Positions 7,931-13,914 of a stretch of 24,000 nt of DNA are shown in pieces. A model generated the notes under the pieces. The model ran no database searches. It had not been told where the DNA came from and saw only the letters and a list, made by a program, of their open reading frames with translations. This DNA is from Phenylobacterium haematophilum (lineage in GTDB: Bacteria > Pseudomonadota > Alphaproteobacteria > Caulobacterales > Caulobacteraceae). The translations under genes were made by a program, and so were the position numbers. Numbering within the stretch: position 1 is the stretch's first letter; the number at the start of each line of letters is the position of its first letter. The stretch spans positions 204,785 to 228,784 of the forward strand of contig NZ_JACIDK010000001.1 of NCBI RefSeq assembly GCF_014196295.1, given 5' to 3'.

Positions 7931-9423
7931 GGACCCTGCTTTCGCCGACCATCGCCCCGCCGGACCCTCGGCCGATCGGGACCCTGCCGGGTCTGCATGC
8001 GGCCCGTGATCCGGACGCTCCGGCCATCACCTGCGAGGGCAAGACCCTGACCCGGGCGCAGTTCGCCGCCCGGGTGAACCGCCGCGCCCGCGGGCTGGCC
8101 TCGCATGGCGTACGGGAAGGGGACTTCGTCGCCATCGCCCTGCCGAACGGCCCGGCCTTCCTGGAATTGGCCTTCGCCGCCTGGACCCTGGGCGCGACCC
8201 CGGCGCCGGTCTCCTACCGCCTGCCGGCGCCGGAGCTGAAGGCGATCATCGAGTTGATGCAGCCGCGCGTCGTCATCGGGGGCGAAGCCACCCGCGCCGC
8301 GGGCGTCGACTTCCTCGACGAAGCGGCGACCCACGACGAGGCGGCCTCCGCCGACCCGCTGCCCGAACTGACGGCCAGGCACGTCAAGGCGATCGCCAGC
8401 GGCGGCAGCACCGGCCGCCCTAAGGTCATCGTCGATCACGCCCCTTCGATCATCGACCCGAACGCCGCCTCGCTCGGCATGCAGCCCGGCGACACGGTGA
8501 TCATTCCGGGGCCGCTCTATCACGCCGCCCCCTTCGGCCTGGCCTACATGGCGCTGTGCTGGGGCTGCCACCTCGTGATCACCAAGCGCTTCGACCCCTC
8601 CGAAACCCTGCGCCTGATCGGCGAGCACCAGGTCCAGTGGGCTTATCTGGTCCCGACCATGATGCACCGCATCTGGCGGCTGCCGGACGCCGAGCGCGCC
8701 GCGGCCGACGTCTCCAGCCTGGAGATGATCGTCCACATCGCCTCGGCCTGCCCGGTCTGGCTGAAGGAGAAGTGGATCGAGTGGCTCGGCCCCGACGCGG
8801 TCTGGGAGGTCTATTCCGGCACCGAGGCCATGGGCGGCACCTCGATCGGCGGCCGTGAGTGGCTGACCCACAAGGGTTCGGTCGGCCGCCTGATGCCGGG
8901 CAGCGAGATCCGCATCCTGCGCGAGGACGGCAGCGAGGCCTCGCCCGGCGAAGTGGGCGAGGTCTTCTTCCTGCCGGCCGGCGGCCGCGGCGCGACCTAC
9001 CACTACATCGGCGCCGAACCGCGGGCGAAGGGCGAGTGGGAGACCTTCGGCGACATGGGCCACATCGACGAGGAGGGCTATCTCTACCTCGCCGACCGGC
9101 GCACGGACCTGATCATCTCCGGCGGGGCCAACATCTATCCGGCCGAGGTCGAGGCCGCGGTCGACGCCTATCCGGGCGTGCTCTCCAGCGTCGTCGTCGG
9201 CCTGCCGCACGAGGACCTGGGCCAAGCGGTCCACGCCATCCTCGAAATGGCGCCCGGCGGCCCGCCGCTGGACGAGGCGGCAGTCAAGGCGTTCCTGGCC
9301 GAGCGCATCGCCCCCTACAAGATCCCGCGCAGCCTCGAGGTCACCCACGAGCGACTGCGCGACGACGCCGGCAAGGTCCGCCGCAGCGCCCTGCGCGACC
9401 AGCGCGCCAAGGCCGAAGCCTGA
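7927..9423 (+). CDS. AMP-dependent acyl-CoA ligase (ACS2, short SGGSTGRPK type)
   Basis: GTG 7927 overlaps the upstream TGA as GTGA. Motifs present: ASGGSTGRPKVIV, YSGTEAMG, FGDMGHIDEEGYLYLADRRTDLIISGGANIYPAEVE, and C-terminal GKVRR. Confidence 0.9.
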   Translation: MRTLLSPTIAPPDPRPIGTLPGLHAARDPDAPAITCEGKTLTRAQFAARVNRRARGLASHGVREGDFVAIALPNGPAFLELAFAAWTLGATPAPVSYRLPAPELKAIIELMQPRVVIGGEATRAAGVDFLDEAATHDEAASADPLPELTARHVKAIASGGSTGRPKVIVDHAPSIIDPNAASLGMQPGDTVIIPGPLYHAAPFGLAYMALCWGCHLVITKRFDPSETLRLIGEHQVQWAYLVPTMMHRIWRLPDAERAAADVSSLEMIVHIASACPVWLKEKWIEWLGPDAVWEVYSGTEAMGGTSIGGREWLTHKGSVGRLMPGSEIRILREDGSEASPGEVGEVFFLPAGGRGATYHYIGAEPRAKGEWETFGDMGHIDEEGYLYLADRRTDLIISGGANIYPAEVEAAVDAYPGVLSSVVVGLPHEDLGQAVHAILEMAPGGPPLDEAAVKAFLAERIAPYKIPRSLEVTHERLRDDAGKVRRSALRDQRAKAEA

Positions 9424-9425
9424 TC

Positions 9426-9464
9426 GCCATGACCTCTGAGGTCATGGCCGGGACGAATCCCGGC
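9426..9464 (+). terminator. tandem GC-rich hairpins after ACS2 (possible attenuator or weak terminator, no T-tract)
   Basis: GCCATGACCT-ctg-AGGTCATGGC forms a 10-bp perfect stem (9426-9448). It is followed immediately by CCGGGA-cgaa-TCCCGG (9449-9462). Confidence 0.4.
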
Positions 9465-9470
9465 GTCTAA

Positions 9471-9495
9471 CCTGCTCCAAACTCAAGGGAGCAGG
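9471..9495 (+). promoter_or_regulatory. hairpin sequestering the Shine-Dalgarno of the 9498 gene
   Basis: CCTGCTCC (9471-9478) and GGAGCAGG (9488-9495) are perfect 8-bp complements with a 9-nt loop. The 3' arm contains the GGAG located 3-7 nt before ATG 9498. Confidence 0.35.
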
Positions 9496-9497
9496 CG

Positions 9498-9938
9498 ATG
9501 AACGGGTTCTGGCGGACGTGGCTCAACGGATGGTGCGCGGTGGTCGCGCTGTTCGGGATCTTACTGGCGGGCGGGGCGGCGGAGGCGACCAGCGGTCCGG
9601 TCCGCGCCTTGCTCGACCTGCTCAATGGACCCGAGCTGCTGGTGATCGACGGCCCGATGCGCTTCGCCCTGGCCGTGCTGGGCGCTGTGACGATCGGCTG
9701 GAGCCTGACGCTCTACGCCGCTATCGACGCGGCGAGGCGGCTCGGACCTGCCGGCGGGCCGATCTGGCGAATGATCCTGGCCAGCGCGCTCGTCTGGTTC
9801 GTCATCGACAGCGCGCTGTCGATGGCCACCGGCTTCAGCCTCAACCTGATCCCCAACACCCTGTTCGTCGCCGGCCTGATCGCGCCGTTGGCGGCTGGGG
9901 GGGTGCTGCGACCCTCGACGGCTCAAGCTCTGCCATAA
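9498..9938 (+). CDS. small integral membrane protein, unknown function (about 4 TM segments)
   Basis: 146 aa. Hydrophobic spans: WCAVVALFGILLAGG, FALAVLGAVTIGWSLTLYAAI, ILASALVWFVIDSAL, LIPNTLFVAGLIAPLAAGG. GC3 is high. Confidence 0.7.
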   Translation: MNGFWRTWLNGWCAVVALFGILLAGGAAEATSGPVRALLDLLNGPELLVIDGPMRFALAVLGAVTIGWSLTLYAAIDAARRLGPAGGPIWRMILASALVWFVIDSALSMATGFSLNLIPNTLFVAGLIAPLAAGGVLRPSTAQALP

Positions 9939-9991
9939 TTCCACCCTCAGCCACAGCGAGCGTCCGGGCGGAAGTTCGCGAGAAGGTGGAG

Positions 9992-10294
9992 ATGGGGCGC
10001 GCGCAGCAACGGCTCCTGCTGCTGGCCCTGTCGATCGGGGCGCACCTCGTCGTGCTGGGCTGGCTGTTGGTCCAGCGCCATGTGCTGTCGCCGTCGCCTG
10101 AGACCCCGTCCATGGAGGTGCTGCTGGCGCCGCCGATCTTTCGTCGCCCGCGCCGCCGCGCCCGCATGCCGCCCGCTCTCCCGAGCGCGCGCCGCTCCAG
10201 CGCCAGGAGCCAGGCCTCGCCGCGCCGTCCACGGCGCCTGGCGCGGGCGAGGCCGCCGCGCCGCCGGCCGTGCGTCGGGCTCTGCGCGGCCTGA
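9992..10294 (+). CDS. N-terminally anchored hypothetical protein (frame probably broken after ~10137)
   Basis: ATG 9992 follows AAGGTGGAG. MGRAQQRLLLLALSIGAHLVVLGWLLVQ is a convincing TM anchor. The distal half of this frame is RRPRRRAR...-type shadow sequence. Confidence 0.45.
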   Translation: MGRAQQRLLLLALSIGAHLVVLGWLLVQRHVLSPSPETPSMEVLLAPPIFRRPRRRARMPPALPSARRSSARSQASPRRPRRLARARPPRRRPCVGLCAA

Positions 10295-10539
10295 TCGGCT
10301 GCCGGCTCGCCGATCTCACCGACGAGGAGCGCCAGCGCTGCGACGAGCGTCTGGCGGCGGTCGAGGACAGGATCGGCCGCAAGCTCGATCTCGACCCGCG
10401 CGGCGCCTTCGCCAAGGAGACGGCCCCCTACCTGGCCCGCCGGCCGAAGAACGGCTGCAAGGCTCGCGCCGGCGGCGACGCCGATCCGGCGGGCGAGCAG
10501 GGGGCCGCCGTCGGCATCGGCTGCGCCTGGGCGTTCTAG
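10270..10539 (+). CDS. hypothetical Cys-containing protein, likely the C-terminal part of the 9992 gene
   Basis: Track ORF from GTG 10270: RRALRGLIGCRLADLTDEERQRCDERLAAVEDRIGRKLDL.... This frame stays open and protein-like (Pro/Ala-rich linker) back to 10102 but has no start codon there. Confidence 0.45.
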   Translation: MRRALRGLIGCRLADLTDEERQRCDERLAAVEDRIGRKLDLDPRGAFAKETAPYLARRPKNGCKARAGGDADPAGEQGAAVGIGCAWAF

Positions 10540-10575
10540 TTGACTGCGCTCGCGCGACGCCCGCCTAGTCGCGCC

Positions 10576-11100
10576 ATGCGCCTGTTCCATTTCAGCGAGG
10601 ATCCCGCGGTCGCGCGGTTCGAGCCGCGGCCGGTGCGCACGCCCTCGGCCCGGCCGCCCGGGCGCGAGTGGCTGAACGGCCCGCTGGTCTGGGCGATCGA
10701 TGAGCCGCACCAGGCGATGTACCTGTTTCCGCGCGACTGCCCGCGCATCCTGCTCTGGCCGCTGGCGACGACCTCGGCGGCGGACCGCGCGGCCTGGCTC
10801 GGCGGGGCCGACCGGGCGGCCTATGTCGAAGCGCGTTGGCTGCCGGCGCTGAACGCCGCGCGGCTCTATCGCTACGAACTGCCGGTGAAGAGCTTCGAGA
10901 GCCTCGACGACGCCGGCATGTGGGTGGCGCGCGAAGCCGTCACGCCGCTGGCCATGGAGGAGTTGTCGGACCTGCCCGGCGCCTTGTCCGCCTGCGGCGT
11001 CGATCTGCGCGTGGTAGAGAGCCTGACGCCGCTGCGCGGGGTCTGGGAGACGACGCTGCACGCCAGCGGGATCCGCTTGCGCAACGCTGTCGGCTGGTAG
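10576..11100 (+). CDS. conserved hypothetical protein (MRLFHFSEDP... family; I recall it as DUF6886, unverified)
   Basis: The track ORF starts at TTG 10540. I prefer ATG 10576 because the protein then begins MRLFHFSEDPAVARFEPRPV...VWAIDEPHQAMYLFPRDCPRILLWP, which matches my memory of the family N-terminus. No clear SD precedes either start. Confidence 0.7.
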   Translation: MRLFHFSEDPAVARFEPRPVRTPSARPPGREWLNGPLVWAIDEPHQAMYLFPRDCPRILLWPLATTSAADRAAWLGGADRAAYVEARWLPALNAARLYRYELPVKSFESLDDAGMWVAREAVTPLAMEELSDLPGALSACGVDLRVVESLTPLRGVWETTLHASGIRLRNAVGW

Positions 11101-11101
11101 G

Positions 11102-11128
11102 CCTGCCTTCCGCGCGGCGGAAGACAGG
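11102..11128. terminator. hairpin in convergent gap (bidirectional terminator candidate, no T-tract)
   Basis: CCTGCCTTCCGC-gcg-GCGGAAGACAGG forms a 12-bp stem with one mismatch. It lies between the stops at 11100 (+) and 11137 (-). Confidence 0.45.
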
Positions 11129-11136
11129 CGCCAGGA

Positions 11137-11514
11137 TCAGTGCGTGGCGTTCGGATCGGCCATCTGGAAGTAGTCGCGCCAGCCGACGATCTTGCCGTCC
11201 GGCTTGAACTCGATAATGCCCATATAGGGGTGGGTCACGGTCTGGCCGCTGGCGTTGACGTACTCCTCGCGGCCCTCGGTGAAGAGGTGGGTGTCGGTCT
11301 CGGCGTGGCGCTCGATCACCCAGGTCGAGCCCGAATTGTCGGCCCAGTACTTGGTGATGAACTTCTCCACCCAGTCGCGGCCCATCAGCGGCCGGGTGCC
11401 GACGTGATAGTGGTACTCGACTTCCGGGGCGAAGAAGTCGAGGAAGTCGGCCTTGTCCTTGGCGGCGATGGCCTGCTGCAGACGGCGGATGACGTCGATC
11501 TTGGCTTCGCTCAC
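11137..11514 (-). CDS. NTF2-fold protein, limonene-1,2-epoxide-hydrolase (LEH)/SnoaL-like, copy 2
   Basis: The track ORF extends to 11715 through shadow sequence. The real start is probably GTG 11514, which overlaps the upstream TGA as GTGA. Sequence: VSEAKIDVIRRLQQAIAAKDKADFLDFFAPEVEYHYH...KPDGKIVGWRDYFQ. The GKIxGWRDYF motif resembles the C-terminal catalytic-Asp region of Rhodococcus LEH. Confidence 0.8.
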   Translation of the reverse strand: MSEAKIDVIRRLQQAIAAKDKADFLDFFAPEVEYHYHVGTRPLMGRDWVEKFITKYWADNSGSTWVIERHAETDTHLFTEGREEYVNASGQTVTHPYMGIIEFKPDGKIVGWRDYFQMADPNATH

Positions 11515-11903
11515 GCGGCGCTCTCCTGCTTGGGGGCGGCCTCGATGCGGGCCGAGTCGTAGTAGTCGCGAAGCTTGCAGACCTTCCCGTCGCGGAACTC
11601 GATGGTCTGCATGAACGGGTTGTCGATCAGCACGTCGCGGGTGCGGTCGTAGAGTTTCTCCATGCCCTCGACCAACATGACGTCGCCCCTCTCGGCCCAG
11701 TTCAGCACGATCCAATCGCGCTGGTCGTAGCCCTGCTCGTAGTTGCGCAGGAACTTGCGCATGGTCGCCTTGTCGGAGATCGGCTTGACGCCCATGCGCC
11801 AGTGGTACTCGAAGTCGTCGGTCAGGGTGTCGAGGAAGGCGTCGTGGTCCTTCCGTTTCGAGGCGGCGATCATCGCCTCCAGCGTCTTCATGTTTTCGCT
11901 CAT
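11511..11903 (-). CDS. NTF2-fold protein, LEH/SnoaL-like, copy 1
   Basis: The track ORF extends to 12026. ATG 11903 (MSENMKTLEAMIAASKRKDHDAFLDTL...) follows AGGAGGGA. The C-terminus has RDGKVCKLRDYYD, a paralogous motif to copy 2. Confidence 0.8.
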   Translation of the reverse strand: MSENMKTLEAMIAASKRKDHDAFLDTLTDDFEYHWRMGVKPISDKATMRKFLRNYEQGYDQRDWIVLNWAERGDVMLVEGMEKLYDRTRDVLIDNPFMQTIEFRDGKVCKLRDYYDSARIEAAPKQESAA

Positions 11904-11947
11904 GACCGCGTCCCTCCTGCGTTTCTTTGGCCGCAGGCTATTGGCGT

Positions 11948-11965
11948 AAGTTCGATTATGCAAGT
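11948..11965 (+). promoter_or_regulatory. 18-bp island box copy 3 (AAGTTCGATTATGCAAGT)
   Basis: Lies in the 179-bp divergent gap 11904-12082. It is the first of a direct pair 58 bp apart. Confidence 0.7.
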
Positions 11966-12005
11966 AACAACGCTGGAGCGGTTGACGCCGCAGCGAGCGG
12001 TCAAT

Positions 12006-12023
12006 AAGTTGCGATTTGCAAGT
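12006..12023 (+). promoter_or_regulatory. 18-bp island box copy 4 (AAGTTGCGATTTGCAAGT)
   Basis: Second box of the pair. TTGACGCC (11982-11989), a -35-like hexamer, lies 17 nt upstream of TAAGTT at the box start. Confidence 0.7.
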
Positions 12024-12082
12024 CAAGGCTTGCGGCTTTTGGAGGCGCGGGGGGTTCGCGCCTGGGGATGTAAGGATACGCG

Positions 12083-13000
12083 ATGCAGGATCTGGTTTCG
12101 CTCAAGGGGCGGCTGCGGCTGCCGGCCATCGCTGCGCCGATGTTCCTGGTCTCGGGGCCGGAACTGGTGCTGGCGGCGTGTAAGGCCGGGATTGTCGGCT
12201 CGTTCCCCGCCAACAACGCCCGCACCATTGAGGTGCTGGACCAGTGGCTGGCCGACATCAAGGCCGCTGTGGGCGACGCGCCCTGGGCGATCAACATCAT
12301 GGTCCACCGGACCTATGAACGGATGGCCGAAGAGCTCGAGCTGGTCATGAAGCACAGGCCGCCGATCGTCATCACGGCGCTTGGCAGCCCCAAGGAACTG
12401 GTCGCTCAGGTCCAGGCCTATGGCGGCAAGGTGCTGGCCGACGTCAACTCGATCTCCTACGCCAGGAAGGCGGCGGAGGCGGGCGTCGACGGCCTGGTTC
12501 TGATTTCGGCCGGCGCCGGCGGCCATACCGGCCAGCTGTCGGCCTTCGCCTTCGTCCCGGCGGTGCGCGAGTTCTTCGACGGGACCATCGTGCTGGGCGG
12601 GGCGATCGGCTCGGGCCAGGCGGTGCGTGCCGCGGAAATCCTCGGCGCCGATTACGCCTATCTCGGCACCCGGCTGATCGCGTCGGAAGAGAGCATGGCC
12701 CACCCGGACTACAAGACCATGTTGGTCGAGGCGACGGCGGACGAGATCATCCTCTCGGCCTCGCTGACCGGCGTGCCGGCCAACTGGCTGAAGGGCAGCC
12801 TGGTCGCCGCCGGCTTCGACCCGGCCGCCATGGGTGCCAAGGCCGAGATCGACCTCGGCCGTCCGGAAGACAACGACGCCAAGCGCTGGAAGGACGTCTG
12901 GTCGGCGGGGCAGGGGGTCGGCGCGGTGCGTTGCATCGAGCAGGTCGGCGCCATCGTCGACCAACTGGCCGGCGAGTACGCCGCGGCCAAGGCCCGTTAG
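12083..13000 (+). CDS. nitronate monooxygenase / 2-nitropropane dioxygenase-family FMN oxidoreductase
   Basis: 305 aa. Motifs: LPAIAAPMFLVSGPELVLAACKAGIVGSF, ISAGAGGHTG, YLGTRLIASEES. This is the typical NMO (FabK-like TIM barrel) layout. Confidence 0.9.
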   Translation: MQDLVSLKGRLRLPAIAAPMFLVSGPELVLAACKAGIVGSFPANNARTIEVLDQWLADIKAAVGDAPWAINIMVHRTYERMAEELELVMKHRPPIVITALGSPKELVAQVQAYGGKVLADVNSISYARKAAEAGVDGLVLISAGAGGHTGQLSAFAFVPAVREFFDGTIVLGGAIGSGQAVRAAEILGADYAYLGTRLIASEESMAHPDYKTMLVEATADEIILSASLTGVPANWLKGSLVAAGFDPAAMGAKAEIDLGRPEDNDAKRWKDVWSAGQGVGAVRCIEQVGAIVDQLAGEYAAAKAR

Positions 13001-13572
13001 GCGGCTGGCGCCTCGTCCAGCGGCGAGGCGCCCATCAGCGCCCCGATGACCCGGCGCTGCTCCATCGGCACCGGGTTGTTCCCGAAAACGTCCGACAGCC
13101 AAAGGCCGTCGGCCACCAGCCGCTGCAGCAGCGCGTCGTCGGCCCCGACCGCGTCGTTCGGCGCGTCCCGGGTGATCTTGTCGACCCACCATCGCCAGCG
13201 ATCGGCCAGGGCCGGCTCCAGCAGGCAGGCGACCAGCACCACCTTGCTGGTGCGCACCTCGTCCTCGCTCATGGTCAGCTGCACGGTCGCAGCCAGGTAG
13301 GCGCGGCCATAGCGCCCCACGGGATGCGGATCCTTGGCGGCGATAGCCTCGACCGTCGACGAGAACTTCTCGCCGGCCTCGTCGACCAGCGCCTTCAGCA
13401 GTTCGGCCTTGCTGGGGAAGTGATGCAGCAGCGCGCCCTTGCTTAGCGGCAGCCGGGCCACGACGGCGTCGAGGGTGAAGCCGGCCGCGCCGCTTTCCTG
13501 CAGGGTCTGCATCGCCGCCCCCATGATCTGGGCGCGGGTGGCTTCAGGCTGGCGTCGGCGGGGCTGGGACAT
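12997..13572 (-). CDS. TetR/AcrR-family transcriptional regulator
   Basis: 191 aa. N-terminal HTH: ATRAQIMGAAMQTLQESGAAGFTLDAVVARLPLSKGALLHHFPSKAELL. Its stop overlaps the NMO stop within TTAG (12997-13000). Confidence 0.92.
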   Translation of the reverse strand: MSQPRRRQPEATRAQIMGAAMQTLQESGAAGFTLDAVVARLPLSKGALLHHFPSKAELLKALVDEAGEKFSSTVEAIAAKDPHPVGRYGRAYLAATVQLTMSEDEVRTSKVVLVACLLEPALADRWRWWVDKITRDAPNDAVGADDALLQRLVADGLWLSDVFGNNPVPMEQRRVIGALMGASPLDEAPAA

Positions 13573-13577
13573 GGTCG

Positions 13578-13607
13578 TTACATACCAACTGGACGGTAAT
13601 TTGCAAC
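13578..13607. promoter_or_regulatory. candidate TetR operator: imperfect 22-bp palindrome plus AATTTGCAAC
   Basis: TTACATACCA-AC-TGGACGGTAA (13578-13599) matches in 7 of 10 paired positions. It begins 6 nt upstream of the tetR ATG. CCAACTGG (13585-13592) and AATTTGCAAC (13598-13607) recur at 15687-15705. Confidence 0.5.
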
Positions 13608-13623
13608 GGCCCGCGCCGCAGCG

Positions 13624-13791
13624 TCAGGTGGTGGTCGCCAGCCACCGGCGCAAGACCGCGCTGGTCTCGTCCGGCTGCTCGATCGCCGGCAGGTGGCCGC
13701 AGCGGTGGAACAGGTGGAACGAAGGGCGGGGCAGGCCGCGCCACAGCCGCTCGTCGCAGAGCAGGCCAGGGATGAAGACGATGGGGAGCAT
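13624..13791 (-). pseudogene. alpha/beta-hydrolase remnant with a large in-frame internal deletion (55 codons)
   Basis: Below the track length cut-off. My translation is MLPIVFIPGLLCDERLWRGLPRPSFHLFHRCGHLPAIEQPDETSAVLRRWLATTT*. The N-terminal strand PIVFIPGLLCDERLW and the C-terminal catalytic-His region CGHLPAIEQP...WL are joined directly. The nucleophile-elbow and core (~170-200 aa) are missing. Confidence 0.6.
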
Positions 13792-13914
13792 GCCTCGGTT
13801 CTAGCGCGGGCCGGCGTCAGCTCTCGCCCTCGACCAGGATCAGCTTGGTGAAGTTCGAACGTTCCTGGGCCTCCGGATTGTCGAGGAAGGCGCTGTCGCC
13901 GACAGAGCGGCCGC

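Noticed and set aside
7864-9348. 494-aa minus-strand ORF opposite ACS2, and the analogous long shadows 12023..13192 (-), 14212..15639 (+), 14216..15553 (-), 15665..17230 (-), 17656..19140 (+), 19309..20964 (-), 9841..11061 (-), 9561..10415 (-), 21892..22926 (-)
   Set aside because: Each overlaps a gene with strong family motifs on the other strand or frame. Their translations are dominated by R/G/A/P/D runs, and they lack plausible SD-start contexts.
9971-9988. GAAGTTCGCGAGAAGGTG resembling the left half of the 18-bp box
   Set aside because: Only the AAGTTCG half matches and the ATGCAAGY half is absent. The sequence is better explained as the SD region of the 9992 gene.
10455-10460. Isolated TGCAAG hexamers inside coding regions (10455 plus strand; minus-strand copies at about 11574-11579 and 5236-5241)
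   Set aside because: They lack the AGT-N6-A upstream context and the AT-rich spacer. They are expected by chance and are not counted as box copies.
13590-13605. Sigma-54-like promoter TGGACGGTAATTTGCA (GG-N10-GC with TTGCA)
   Set aside because: The spacing is correct, but the -24 element is poor (TGGACG versus TGGCAC). It points to the plus strand, where only a minus-strand pseudogene follows. None of the 18-bp boxes has a GG 10 nt upstream of its GC (spacing of 9 or no GG), so the ATGCAAG core is not a general -12 element.
13817-13914. Open frame ...GGRSVGDSAFLDNPEAQERSNFTKLILVEGES* on the minus strand just after ACS3
   Set aside because: It has no start codon within the intergenic part, and continuing upstream it only overlaps ACS3 out of frame. 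It may be a C-terminal gene remnant, but I cannot support a feature call. It is mentioned under the hydrolase-remnant finding.
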